Notes: generated by a model not told the origin, from the sequence alone. Counted from the stretch's first letter, positions 1-8,803 are shown. The stretch is DNA of 44,495 nt from an uncultured Gammaproteobacteria bacterium (GCA_964359095.1 CAYHRJ010000002.1:1-44495), one strand, 5' to 3'. Made by a program: numbers and translations.

Positions 1-18
1 CACTTGCCCTGTGTTTTG
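1..18. repeat. 18-bp direct repeat, copy 1 (cacttgccctgtgttttg), left flank of the TA cassette
   Basis: The identical 18-mer recurs at 580-597; read directly from the sequence. Confidence 0.9.
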
Positions 19-70
19 ACGAAGACGATCAGGTGTGATACTTTCATGCTATAAGTTAGTCATTCACTTT

Positions 71-289
71 ATGTCTACTCTTTCTGTACCGCTTACACCG
101 ACCGTTGAACAGATGATCGAACATCTCGTTCAAAATGGCATTGCAGAATCCAAGGCCGCACTCGTGCGTAAGGCCATTATTAAATTTGCTGAAGACCAGG
201 CTGTGAATGAGGTGTTGGAGGCGGAACAGGAGGCGCGAGACGGCAAGATTTTGACGGGCGATCTTGACGTACTTGCCGCGGCGATCTAG
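71..289 (+). CDS. Ribbon-helix-helix type II antitoxin (CopG/RelB-like)
   Basis: ATG at 71 inside track ORF 35-289; 72 aa; the SKAALVRKAI helix is typical of RHH antitoxins; its stop lies 4 nt before the toxin ATG. Confidence 0.55.
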   Translation: MSTLSVPLTPTVEQMIEHLVQNGIAESKAALVRKAIIKFAEDQAVNEVLEAEQEARDGKILTGDLDVLAAAI

Positions 290-293
290 GTGT

Positions 294-554
294 ATGGTTC
301 AAGTGACGTACACACCGAAATTTATCCGTGCCTATAAAAAATTGGTTCCAGGATTACAAGCGGAAGTGAAACAAGCTATCGAACTCTTTACGGAAAAAGC
401 GAATCACGATCGGTTACACGTTCATAAATTATCAGGACGCATGGAAGGTCGATATAGTTTTTCGGTCAACTACAAAACTCGTGTCGTGTTCCGCTTTTTA
501 CCAGACGATCGTGCCTTGCTCCTCGTTGTAGGAGATCATTCCATCTATCACTAA
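294..554 (+). CDS. RelE/ParE-superfamily type II toxin
   Basis: ATG at 294 inside track ORF 264-554; 86 aa; the pattern HVHKLSG..YSFSVNYKTRVVF..LLLVVGDHSIY resembles RelE/ParE-fold toxins; small gene pair architecture. Confidence 0.6.
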   Translation: MVQVTYTPKFIRAYKKLVPGLQAEVKQAIELFTEKANHDRLHVHKLSGRMEGRYSFSVNYKTRVVFRFLPDDRALLLVVGDHSIYH

Positions 555-579
555 CGAGCTTTCCAACCAGAGGGTCAAT

Positions 580-597
580 CACTTGCCCTGTGTTTTG
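580..597. repeat. 18-bp direct repeat, copy 2, between the toxin stop and the uvrA start
   Basis: Exact match to 1-18. Confidence 0.9.
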
Positions 598-647
598 TTT
601 TGTGATAGCCTTGCCAGCGTGTTGATTTTTTGAAAGATTTTCCGATT

Positions 648-3539
648 ATGTCGAACTTTATTTCCATTCGCGGGGCGCGTGTTCACAATCTGAAAAACGT
701 GAACGTGGACATTCCTAAGAATAAGCTCGTGGTGATTACAGGACTTTCAGGATCAGGAAAATCTTCGCTCGCGTTTGATACGATTTACGCAGAAGGACAG
801 CGTCGGTACATGGAGTCGCTCTCCAGTTACGCGCGTCAATTTTTAGAACTACAAGATAAGCCAGACGTCGATGAGATCACGGGTCTTTCGCCCACGATCG
901 CCATCGATCAAAAATCTTCGTCGCATAATCCTCGCTCGACCGTGGGGACGGTGACGGAGATTTATGATTTTTTACGCGTGCTGTTTGCGCGCGCAGGTCG
1001 ACCGCATTGTCCAAAATGCGGACAAGGTGTTGGAGAACAAACGCTCGTAGAGATTGTCACGCGTGTCACGACGATGATCGGGAAACCCGGCCTGAAGGCC
1101 GGGTCCGGCTCCGCCGGAGACCGTACATTGTTGTTTGCTCCTGTCGTTCATCAACTAAAAGGCGAACACAAGCATGTCCTACAAGGAGCACTGAACGCCG
1201 GGTTCACGCAAGTCCGTTTTGATGGACTTCTCATCGACACCACAGAGGCGCTTGCGATGCGCAAGGACAAAAAGAAAGATCATGACATTGACGTGCTCGT
1301 TTTTGCGTTTGAGACAGGAACGACCTATTCATCTGAACACGTAACAAGTTTAGTGAGCAAGGCTCTCGAGTACGGCAACGGTTTCGTCCTGCTCGTGAAT
1401 GATGAAACGGGTGATGAATTCCCATTGTCGAAAAGTTTCATGTGTCCCAATTGCGGAATCAATCTTCCCAAGCCTGAGCCGCGTTTGTTTTCGTTTAACT
1501 CGCCTGCCGGTGCGTGTGAGGAATGCACAGGGCTCGGAGAGAAGTTAGTTTTGGAAGCAGAACTTGTGATTCCTAATCGTCGCCTCACATTTGAAGAAGG
1601 CGCGGTGCGACCATGGACGAAGATCGCCGGGAACCAGACGAGCTACTTGGACTTGCTCCAGATCGTCGGGAAAAAACACCGTATTCCCATGGACATGCCA
1701 GTTGCGAAAATTCCAAAAGCAAAAATGGAGTTGGTCTTAAACGGAACAGGTGACGACACGTACAGTTTCAAGGGCGAGACCGTGACATTTCCCGGTGTCC
1801 TCATGCAGCTTGAACAAAAATATCGTGAGACTGATTCCGAATATGTACGGGCAGAACTAGAAGGTTACATGCGCCGCATGATTTGTCCTTCGTGCAACGG
1901 ACGACGACTCAACAAAGCTGTGCTTGCCATTACGATTGATGGCAAGTCGATTTCCGACGTCGTGAATTTGCCGGTGGAGGACGTGAAAGCGTTTTTTACT
2001 TCTGTCATTGCGAGGAACCCAAGCTCCTCGAGGGTGACGAAGCAATCTCTTTCAGGTGGACTCACCTCCGACGAACTCCTCGTCACAGAGCGCGTGGCAA
2101 AAGAAGTTCACATCCGTTTGGATCAGCTCACACAAGTAGGACTTGGCTATCTCACACTTGATCGCTCTGCGATGACCCTCTCAGGGGGTGAGTCTCAGCG
2201 TGTGCGTCTAGCAACACAGCTTGGCAGTCAGCTTTCGGGTGTCATTTATATTTTGGACGAACCGTCCATTGGTTTGCACCCACGCGACAACGACTGTTTG
2301 ATCGAGACGATTCGTAACCTCAAAGCATTTGGCAACTCAGTGATCGTGGTCGAGCACGATGAGGCTATGATTCGAGCCGCTGATTATGTGTTTGATGTGG
2401 GACCAGGAGCTGGTGAGTACGGCGGCCAGATTGTCTCAGAAGGTACGGCCGCTCAAATTGAAAAAGACAAGGATTCTCTCACTGGACAATATCTCTCAGG
2501 CGCTAAATCCATTCCACTTCCAAAAAAATATCGCAAGGGCAGTGGAAAGAAGATAAGTGTCTTGGGCGCCACTGCATTTAATTTGAAAAATGTCGATGTG
2601 GATATTCCACTAGGCTGTCTTGTGTGCGTCACAGGAGTGTCGGGATCGGGAAAGTCCACGCTCGTGTTAGATATTCTTGGCAAAGCGCTCAGTCGAAAAT
2701 TTTATCGTGCGAAGCTGTATCCTGGTGAGCACAAGGAGATCAAGGGAATCGAACACATCGACAAAGTCGTTGCCGTGGACCAGTCTCCCATCGGCCGCAC
2801 TCCACGCTCAAATCCAGCCACGTACACCGGCGTCTTCACTGCGATTCGAGATTTATTTGCGGATTTGCCAGAAGCCAAGATGCGTAAGTACGATGCTGGC
2901 AAGTTTAGTTTTAACGTGAAAGGTGGTGGGAGATGTGAGGCTTGCGGTGGCGACGGAATGCGCAGAATAGAAATGCAGTTTTTGCCTGATGTCTATGTTG
3001 AATGTACGGAGTGTCGCGGCACGCGCTACAATCATGAGGCACTTGAAGTTCACTACAAACAGAAAACGATTTCAGACGTTCTCAACATGACGGTCGAAGA
3101 AGCACGTCGATTCTTCGCGGATCAAACGAGCATTTTTGATAAGCTGAACGTCCTTCACGAGGTGGGACTCGGCTACATCCGTTTGGGACAGAGTGCAACC
3201 ACGCTCTCGGGTGGGGAAGCACAGCGTGTAAAACTTTCGACTGAGCTTTCTCGTCGCGCCACAGGTCGCACGCTCTACATTTTGGATGAACCTACAACAG
3301 GACTTCACTTTGAAGACATCAAGCGCTTGCTTGGTGTGCTTCATCAGCTGGTCGATAAGGGAAACACCGTGGTCATCATCGAGCACAACTTGGATGTGAT
3401 CAAAGGTGCTGACTGGGTGATCGACATGGGACCAGACGGTGGAATCAAAGGCGGGGAGATCGTCGCCGTTGGAACGCCAAAGGATATTGTGAAGATGAAG
3501 AGAAGCGTCACAGGGCAGTATCTCAAAGCTCTGTTGTAG
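648..3539 (+). CDS. uvrA: Excinuclease ABC subunit A
   Basis: 963 aa from ATG 648 (the track ORF begins at an upstream TTG at 630). N-terminus [15 protein letters not shown], two Walker A motifs ([18 protein letters not shown]), two LSGGE signature motifs and Zn-finger CxxC pairs. Confidence 0.95.
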   Translation: MSNFISIRGARVHNLKNVNVDIPKNKLVVITGLSGSGKSSLAFDTIYAEGQRRYMESLSSYARQFLELQDKPDVDEITGLSPTIAIDQKSSSHNPRSTVGTVTEIYDFLRVLFARAGRPHCPKCGQGVGEQTLVEIVTRVTTMIGKPGLKAGSGSAGDRTLLFAPVVHQLKGEHKHVLQGALNAGFTQVRFDGLLIDTTEALAMRKDKKKDHDIDVLVFAFETGTTYSSEHVTSLVSKALEYGNGFVLLVNDETGDEFPLSKSFMCPNCGINLPKPEPRLFSFNSPAGACEECTGLGEKLVLEAELVIPNRRLTFEEGAVRPWTKIAGNQTSYLDLLQIVGKKHRIPMDMPVAKIPKAKMELVLNGTGDDTYSFKGETVTFPGVLMQLEQKYRETDSEYVRAELEGYMRRMICPSCNGRRLNKAVLAITIDGKSISDVVNLPVEDVKAFFTSVIARNPSSSRVTKQSLSGGLTSDELLVTERVAKEVHIRLDQLTQVGLGYLTLDRSAMTLSGGESQRVRLATQLGSQLSGVIYILDEPSIGLHPRDNDCLIETIRNLKAFGNSVIVVEHDEAMIRAADYVFDVGPGAGEYGGQIVSEGTAAQIEKDKDSLTGQYLSGAKSIPLPKKYRKGSGKKISVLGATAFNLKNVDVDIPLGCLVCVTGVSGSGKSTLVLDILGKALSRKFYRAKLYPGEHKEIKGIEHIDKVVAVDQSPIGRTPRSNPATYTGVFTAIRDLFADLPEAKMRKYDAGKFSFNVKGGGRCEACGGDGMRRIEMQFLPDVYVECTECRGTRYNHEALEVHYKQKTISDVLNMTVEEARRFFADQTSIFDKLNVLHEVGLGYIRLGQSATTLSGGEAQRVKLSTELSRRATGRTLYILDEPTTGLHFEDIKRLLGVLHQLVDKGNTVVIIEHNLDVIKGADWVIDMGPDGGIKGGEIVAVGTPKDIVKMKRSVTGQYLKALL

Positions 3540-3658
3540 CGATTGGTTAAAGTTATCCACTGATTTTGATTGACAAGACCAAAAAAGTCTGGTGAAATAA
3601 TTCTAGACACATGAACTCCCCGACACGTGTTGACGGGGATTTTATTATTTTCAAACGT

Positions 3659-4174
3659 ATGCAATATCCAGAACCACTCGTGCCTTCAACGATCATTGAA
3701 GGAAAGATTTATTTTGTTCGTGGTAAAAAAGTGATGGTAGATCGAGACCTTGCTTTGTTGTATGGGGTTACCACAGCAGCATTGAATCAGGCGGTAAGGC
3801 GCAATCAAGAAAGGTTTCCAAACGATTTTATGTTCAAATTATCGCTGGTTGAAGCGAAGAACTTGATATCACAATTTGTGATATCAAGTTCACACGGAGG
3901 TTTTCGTAAGGAACCCATCGTCTTTACTGAGCTTGGAGTCGCCATGCTTTCAACTGTTCTTCGCAGTCCACGTGCTATTGCTGTAAACATTCAGATTATG
4001 AGAACCTTCACTCGTCTGAGGGAGATGCTGACAGAAAATGACGATCTTCGCCGTAAGGTTGAGGTGATGGAGAAACAATATGACGAGCAGTTCAAGATGG
4101 TATTTGATGCGATTCGAAGGATGTTGCTAGAGGATGAGCATGGCAAAATTGAGATTGGATTTCGCTCAAATTAG
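3659..4174 (+). CDS. ORF6N-domain (KilA-N-related) DNA-binding protein
   Basis: IYFVRGKKVMVDRDLALLYGV..LNQAVRRNQERFPNDFMFKLS..FTELGVAMLSTVLRSPRAIAVNIQIMRTF matches the ORF6N domain pattern; the ATG at 3659 is preferred over 3611. Confidence 0.7.
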   Translation: MQYPEPLVPSTIIEGKIYFVRGKKVMVDRDLALLYGVTTAALNQAVRRNQERFPNDFMFKLSLVEAKNLISQFVISSSHGGFRKEPIVFTELGVAMLSTVLRSPRAIAVNIQIMRTFTRLREMLTENDDLRRKVEVMEKQYDEQFKMVFDAIRRMLLEDEHGKIEIGFRSN

Positions 4175-4195
4175 CAAAATCAGGAGGATAAGCCA

Positions 4196-4224
4196 TTGAC
4201 AAAACGGCTGTTTTTTGCTAGATT
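4196..4224 (+). promoter_or_regulatory. Near-consensus sigma70-type promoter
   Basis: TTGACA (4196-4201), 17-nt spacer, TAGATT (4219-4224), 25 nt upstream of the ATG at 4250. Confidence 0.5.
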
Positions 4225-4249
4225 GCGCCCTTAAACTAACCAAAAAACT

Positions 4250-5962
4250 ATGTTGAAGAAAACACTTATTTTCGCGGTTGCTCTTGCAATCGCCATCTCT
4301 CCTTTGCTTCCGAGGGTCTTTGCGGACTCCGGCGAGTGGGGAACCCCGGTCGCCACAGCGGCTTGGGATTACGACTACTTCCGCGTTGAGCGCTTGTCGC
4401 TTGATTCGGACACTTCTGGCCCCTACACATTTAACGACGTTGTCTTCGTTGTGAAGACCGCTGAGTCTTGCGACGAGACATCCTTGTGCGATCAAGTCGA
4501 CCTGACCATCTTCAAAGATGGCGAGTCGCTTGAGATTGCCTCTGTGTCAGATGTTGTCACGGACGCATTTTCTCAGACCGCACAAGATGGTCGGTTCATC
4601 TACATGGTCCCATCGGATTCCGATGACTCATGGGGAACCATTTACGAATACGACACGGACAGTGGCACCATCGCCACCTTGTTCGATGTGGCGCGTGGTG
4701 ACAACAGTCTTTCATTTCTGTCATTTGCCACTGACGGCGACCGCATCTATACGACAACCTTGCAGTCTGATGAAGACACAGGCGACGTAGAAAGCGCGCT
4801 CTCGGTCTACGACTACGGTTCAGGCTACGAGCGTGAAGATTTTACCTATGCGCTCTCTGCACCGCTTCAAGAGATTGTGGATGTGCAAGATGGGCAGGCA
4901 CTTGTGAAGGCCACGTTTGACGGCGGCTATGAGCAGTTGTGGATTGTGAATCAAACCGCGCGTTCCGTTGAAGCGATTCCTGATACTTGGACGGAACTTG
5001 GTGCTGACATTGTCGGCGCGCATTATCTCTCTGACGGATCCATTGTGTACTTCCGTAACTTCCGTTTGTGGAGCTACATGCAGGGCGTTGATGAAACGCC
5101 TGAGGATGCAGGTGGCGCCTACCTCTCTTGGTTGGTAGATGTTGAGGACGCTGTCCAGATTGTCGGTGACCGCATGGCCTACATCGATGACGAAAACGGT
5201 TTGTATGTTGTTGATCTTGAAGGCGTCCACAAGTTGGGTGTTGCCATGGGCGGCATCTTCAATCTTACTGATGACACCATCTACTTCCAAAATGATGAGG
5301 ACGAGTACGTTGGTTATAACTTTGAAACTCTTGCCTGGGAGTCTCGAGCCTTTCATGTGACGGATAGCTACGAGGATATCGTTGTGGGTGTCGACGAAGA
5401 CGGCAACGTCTGGTACGAGAATACCACCAATGGTCGTCTGTTGAACGTAGGATTCGGCGAAGCGCCACTTCTCTCAGATCGTGAGCACGCCTACTGGCAG
5501 GGAACAGATGGTAACGTCTATGAAGTCACGTTCTCTCCACTGTTGGATCTCGTGCGTGATGAAGTCGAAGCGTTTAGCGCCTACGACTCAGAAGGCATCT
5601 ATCTCGTAAGTGGTGACCAGATGTGGCTCATCCCAAGCGAGCAGGTGTACTTCACTTGGTTTGATTCCTGGGATGAAGTTGTCGAGGTAAGCCAAGCCAC
5701 GATCAACGTGTACTTGGAAACTTCTGACTACGAGGGCGATCTCAAGTTTGCTCCTGGCACGCGCGTGAAAGCCGTAAGTTCAGAGCGAGTCTACGTGGTA
5801 GGATCAGATTATGATCTCCACTGGATCACTTCCGAGACCGTCGCCGATGAAATCTATGGCTCCGACTGGAACCAAGGTATCATCGAGGTAAATGACACGG
5901 CTCTGTGGAAGTACGGCAAAGGCGCAAACGTTGCATCGGGCGACGATGTGCGATCAATCTAA
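4250..5962 (+). CDS. Secreted acidic protein with recurring DGxxIY blade-like motifs (possible beta-propeller)
   Basis: Signal-peptide-like N-terminus MLKKTLIFAVALAIAISPLLPRVFA; repeated DG(R/D/S)xIY and GxxYxV motifs reminiscent of TolB/PD40 blades; 570-aa uninterrupted ORF. Confidence 0.6.
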   Translation: MLKKTLIFAVALAIAISPLLPRVFADSGEWGTPVATAAWDYDYFRVERLSLDSDTSGPYTFNDVVFVVKTAESCDETSLCDQVDLTIFKDGESLEIASVSDVVTDAFSQTAQDGRFIYMVPSDSDDSWGTIYEYDTDSGTIATLFDVARGDNSLSFLSFATDGDRIYTTTLQSDEDTGDVESALSVYDYGSGYEREDFTYALSAPLQEIVDVQDGQALVKATFDGGYEQLWIVNQTARSVEAIPDTWTELGADIVGAHYLSDGSIVYFRNFRLWSYMQGVDETPEDAGGAYLSWLVDVEDAVQIVGDRMAYIDDENGLYVVDLEGVHKLGVAMGGIFNLTDDTIYFQNDEDEYVGYNFETLAWESRAFHVTDSYEDIVVGVDEDGNVWYENTTNGRLLNVGFGEAPLLSDREHAYWQGTDGNVYEVTFSPLLDLVRDEVEAFSAYDSEGIYLVSGDQMWLIPSEQVYFTWFDSWDEVVEVSQATINVYLETSDYEGDLKFAPGTRVKAVSSERVYVVGSDYDLHWITSETVADEIYGSDWNQGIIEVNDTALWKYGKGANVASGDDVRSI

Positions 5963-5992
5963 CATTCAAACACAGCCTCTGGAGTTTCGGTC

Positions 5993-6013
5993 CCCCTCCT
6001 TTTCAAGGAGGGG
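5993..6013 (+). terminator. GC-rich hairpin downstream of the secreted-protein gene (no U tract)
   Basis: The 8-bp stem cccctcct/aggagggg with 5-nt loop is nested inside an outer 9-bp inverted repeat ctctggagt (about 5976) / actccagag (about 6041). Confidence 0.3.
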
Positions 6014-6036
6014 ATAGGGGTGGTTATCACTCTTGA

Positions 6037-6070
6037 CCAAGACTCCAGAGATCCGTGTTGGACATCCTGT
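6037..6070 (+). repeat. Upstream cassette motif, copy 1 (core agagatccgtgttggacatcc)
   Basis: The 21-bp identical core (6047-6067) recurs exactly 840 bp downstream; it ends 34 nt before the ATG at 6101. Confidence 0.85.
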
Positions 6071-6100
6071 CCCCACGTTCGTTCCGCCTATGAGTCCGTC

Positions 6101-6376
6101 ATGCTCGCTCTTCTTCTCAGTCTGGCCTGTTCTCCTCCTCCGGCGGCGGAGATGGTCAGCGTCACCAACGGCGTCTCAAGCGCCGAGGTGATCGACTACG
6201 GCAACGGCGTCTACTACCTCGATGCCAGTGGCATGCAGTTCGGCAACGCCTTGTCGGAGTTCATCAAGCAGCACCGCCGCACCCTCGAGGTCGTGGCGGT
6301 CGCTGGCGACGGGAGTTCTCGCTACGGCGACGCCGGCTACTTCATCGTCACCCGTCCTGTCATCGACTGCAACTAG
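6101..6376 (+). CDS. Small lipoprotein (91 aa), unknown function
   Basis: ATG 6101 gives MLALLLSLAC with a lipobox-like LSLAC; strongly GC-rich third codon positions; the track ORF starts at an upstream GTG at 6020. Confidence 0.5.
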   Translation: MLALLLSLACSPPPAAEMVSVTNGVSSAEVIDYGNGVYYLDASGMQFGNALSEFIKQHRRTLEVVAVAGDGSSRYGDAGYFIVTRPVIDCN

Positions 6377-6384
6377 GAGGAATC

Positions 6385-6699
6385 ATGTCTCGCATCAACT
6401 TCAGGACGGTCGGCTACAAGGTCGGCAGGGTTGTGAGGACGAGTCTGATGACCGTGTTCCTGCTGATCTTCGTGTCCGTGAGCCTTTTCATGGGCGTAAC
6501 GGCTGTCTATCTCGTGGTAGCGGCCTTCCATTCCATCGTCGCGATGAAACTGGTGATGGCGTTGTACGCGGCCGTCGGCTTCTTCATGACGGCGACCACT
6601 TCATACCTTTATGGGCTCCTCGTTCATGGGTTTTGGCAGGATCTTCGTCGTCCCAACATCGCTCCATCCGTTCCCACGTTTCCGTCGCGCAGCGACTGA
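6385..6699 (+). CDS. Small polytopic membrane protein (104 aa), unknown function
   Basis: AGGAGG sits 6 nt upstream of the ATG; three hydrophobic segments. Confidence 0.55.
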   Translation: MSRINFRTVGYKVGRVVRTSLMTVFLLIFVSVSLFMGVTAVYLVVAAFHSIVAMKLVMALYAAVGFFMTATTSYLYGLLVHGFWQDLRRPNIAPSVPTFPSRSD

Positions 6700-6705
6700 C
6701 TCGCG

Positions 6706-6799
6706 GTCCACGACCGCACGGCACGGCGTTCGCGAACGACGTGTCACGCGACCCCCGTCCGTCCGCAGATACGACATCTGTGAGACGGACGGGGCGTCT
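6706..6799 (+). repeat. Downstream cassette repeat, copy 1 (12-bp palindrome plus 14-bp-stem hairpin)
   Basis: Contains the perfect palindrome cgttcgcgaacg and the stem gacccccgtccgtc/gacggacggggcgtc (one bulge); a near-identical copy lies at 7282-7370; it starts 7 nt after the stop. Confidence 0.85.
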
Positions 6800-6876
6800 C
6801 ACAACTTTTTCCCACGACTAGAAAGGTCACATATGTGACAAAGTGGTTCAATCCGGCTTCTGTCGTTTTGCCACGA

Positions 6877-6910
6877 GCAAGACCGTAGAGATCCGTGTTG
6901 GACATCCCGT
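6877..6910 (+). repeat. Upstream cassette motif, copy 2
   Basis: Same 21-bp core at 6887-6907, ending 32 nt before the ATG at 6939. Confidence 0.85.
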
Positions 6911-6938
6911 ATTTCACAGAGTCCCTTCAGGAGATTCC

Positions 6939-7274
6939 ATGTCTTCCTACGTCGATCGTTTCTTCCGCCTGTACTGGATGCTCGCATTCGGCGCAATGCT
7001 CGGCATCGGACTCTACATGATGAGTCTCCCCGATACGGTCATGGTGACCGGTGTACGAGAGATCCACGTCGTCAACAGCGCGGGCGTCAACAATCTCGAC
7101 CGCCACTTCAACTTCGATGACGGCTGCGTCCTCGAGGTTGGGGGCAGGATCGAGCAAGCGGCGTTCACCGGCGACGTCCGACTGATGATGTACACCCCGC
7201 CGCGGGACTCTGCTTCCGGCAACTTCTGTCCATCGGGCACTCACTTCGTCGCCTTCGCCGACATGTACTTCTGA
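6939..7274 (+). CDS. Small N-terminally anchored protein (111 aa), unknown function
   Basis: AGGAG sits 6 nt upstream of the ATG at 6939; one TM segment (YWMLAFGAMLGIGLYMM); GC-rich codons. Confidence 0.5.
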   Translation: MSSYVDRFFRLYWMLAFGAMLGIGLYMMSLPDTVMVTGVREIHVVNSAGVNNLDRHFNFDDGCVLEVGGRIEQAAFTGDVRLMMYTPPRDSASGNFCPSGTHFVAFADMYF

Positions 7275-7281
7275 CCGTCAC

Positions 7282-7370
7282 GGTCCACGGCACGGCGTTC
7301 GCGAACGACGTATCACGCGACCCCCGTACGTCCTTGCAGACACGACATCTGTGAGACGGACGGGGCGTCT
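7282..7370 (+). repeat. Downstream cassette repeat, copy 2
   Basis: Aligns to 6706-6799 with an 8-nt deletion near the 5' end and a small indel plus a few substitutions near the hairpin loop; it starts 8 nt after the stop at 7274. Confidence 0.85.
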
Positions 7371-7452
7371 ATTCATCTCTCCGTTGCCTTTCGACACCTG
7401 CGAGCCTGGCTCTCAGATGTGGGAAGATAACCTCTTTGCTGTAGGAGCGTTC

Positions 7453-8097
7453 ATGTTACAGTTACTCTTAATCGCTTGTAGCACTCTCGATCTGGAAGAT
7501 TCCACTGTCGAGGATATCGAAACGGACATCTGTTCGGATCTCGGCTTGGGCGTTCCAGACGACACTGACTGGGACGAGGGAGAGAGCACCATCGACGTGG
7601 ATTGGATGACGGAGGAGCGCGCATACATCCGAGTCACTGCTGAGTGCCTCGTGATCCCACCCTTTCATATCTACACCACACAAGAGGAGGAGTTGCCCAT
7701 CACCTTCCTTACCTTCTCCCTCGCGAGCTACGACAACGGGGAGTGGATCGAGAAGTTCGGTAGCGAACTCACGGTCGAAAGCACACTGGGCGACCTGGGC
7801 TCCTACGAGTCCGTCGGCACCGCTTGTGAGCCGTTCTGCGGCCCGCACTGGGAGATGGACCTCACGGAGTACGGCCTCGTGGTCAGTCCGAAGGAGGACT
7901 TCTACATTGAGTTCGAGATTCCGGGTTTCAACGATCCGTCGGAAATCGACGAAGTGTGGGATGACGAGCGCGACAAGCTCGCCATCATGGTCTACGCCGG
8001 ACACAGTTGGACCGAGGAGACTTCTCCAGGTCAGTACGAGTTCGGGATGTACGAGGCCGGATCACTTCTGACCATCGACGTCGAGGTCATCGAATAG
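7453..8097 (+). CDS. Acidic lipoprotein (214 aa), unknown function
   Basis: ATG 7453 gives MLQLLLIACS (lipobox LIAC) preceded by TAGGAG; very Asp/Glu-rich mature part; the track ORF starts at an upstream GTG at 7351. Confidence 0.55.
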   Translation: MLQLLLIACSTLDLEDSTVEDIETDICSDLGLGVPDDTDWDEGESTIDVDWMTEERAYIRVTAECLVIPPFHIYTTQEEELPITFLTFSLASYDNGEWIEKFGSELTVESTLGDLGSYESVGTACEPFCGPHWEMDLTEYGLVVSPKEDFYIEFEIPGFNDPSEIDEVWDDERDKLAIMVYAGHSWTEETSPGQYEFGMYEAGSLLTIDVEVIE

Positions 8098-8173
8098 ATA
8101 TTTCGCGCGCCTGTACAACGACCCATCTCTCACGGTGGGTATTATTTTTAGGGACAGCCAGTTGCCAGAACCC

Positions 8174-8209
8174 GACGACGCTTTTTCTCATATGAGAACT
8201 TTTGTCGTC
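8174..8209. promoter_or_regulatory. Nested palindrome upstream of the DUF4258/DUF2283 pair (possible operator)
   Basis: Perfect 14-bp palindrome ttctcatatgagaa (8185-8198) flanked by gacgac/gtcgtc arms. Confidence 0.3.
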
Positions 8210-8337
8210 AGCTCTACATGAACAACTATGGGGACATCTTTTCGTATAGACGAAATTTTGTTCCCTCTTGTGAACCAGAAAATCCAATCTTGCTTTTTGT
8301 TGTCAGCTGCTTTATTCTTAAAAGAAGCAACGAACAT

Positions 8338-8592
8338 ATGGAACTTCGTTTCACAAAACACGCGGAGGATAAGTTCGAGATGTTGAAACGTCATGGAGTC
8401 GGTATCTTACGAGAAAAGGTCATCCAGACTCTGATCAACCCTGGTCACATTGATCGGTCACGTCTTCCACTTCTGATTGCGCAAAGTGTGCTGGATCGAG
8501 ATCATGTGCTGCGTGTTGTCTATCGCGTTGAAGGCCAAACAAAAGTTATCATCACTTTTTATCCAGGACGAAAAAATCAATATGAAACGTAA
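8338..8592 (+). CDS. DUF4258-like small protein (putative toxin component)
   Basis: 84 aa from ATG 8338; FTKHAEDKFEMLKRHGV resembles the H-A-x-x-R-M-x-x-R-G-I start of DUF4258; it overlaps the next gene by 11 nt. Confidence 0.5.
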   Translation: MELRFTKHAEDKFEMLKRHGVGILREKVIQTLINPGHIDRSRLPLLIAQSVLDRDHVLRVVYRVEGQTKVIITFYPGRKNQYET

Positions 8593-8803
8593 AATCAATA
8601 TCGCCTACGATCCAGATGCCGATGTGTTGAGCTGGGACGTAGCGTCACGTGCGCCTATTTCTCATGCAACAGAGATGGGGAATATCGTCGTCCACTTTTC
8701 AAAGAAAAATATGCCAGTGCTTATTGAAGTCTTAGAGGCATCAAAGATGGTAAAACAGTCAGCGCAAAAAATCGGATACAAGATGCAAGCAATTGCAGCA
8801 TAA
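8582..8803 (+). CDS. DUF2283-like small protein (putative antitoxin component)
   Basis: 73 aa from ATG 8582; the IAYDPDADVLSWDV motif is typical of DUF2283 (YDxEADxLY). Confidence 0.5.
   Translation: MKRKINIAYDPDADVLSWDVASRAPISHATEMGNIVVHFSKKNMPVLIEVLEASKMVKQSAQKIGYKMQAIAA

Noticed and set aside
972-3664. Multiple 60-162-aa ORFs inside or antisense to uvrA (for example 3072-3560 minus and 3344-3664 minus)
   Set aside because: They are fully embedded in the uvrA coding region, which has unambiguous homology across its length.
4820-5356. 178-aa minus-strand ORF inside the secreted-protein gene. Similar shadow ORFs are 15803-16258(+), 16170-16547(-), 20324-20848(+), 23320-23775(+), 12474-12914(-) and 36754-37167(-)
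   Set aside because: These are shadow ORFs opposite longer genes with recognisable domains or signal peptides. They have no independent start or RBS support.
6222-6821. 199-aa Arg/Ser/Thr-rich ORF, together with ORFs 6584-6802(-), 6611-6838(+), 6927-7244(-), 7468-8004(-) and 7826-8071(+) in the GC-rich island
   Set aside because: These are alternative-frame and antisense ORFs expected in GC-rich DNA. They cross the repeat elements and overlap better-supported genes that have RBS, lipobox or TM features.
6706-7370. Integron attC sites as the identity of the roughly 90-bp elements following the small cassette genes
   Set aside because: The architecture is suggestive (ORF followed by an imperfect palindromic element). 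However, I find no GTTRRRY / RYYYAAC core pair at the element ends and no integrase or attI in the window. The idea is kept only as a low-probability option inside the island finding.
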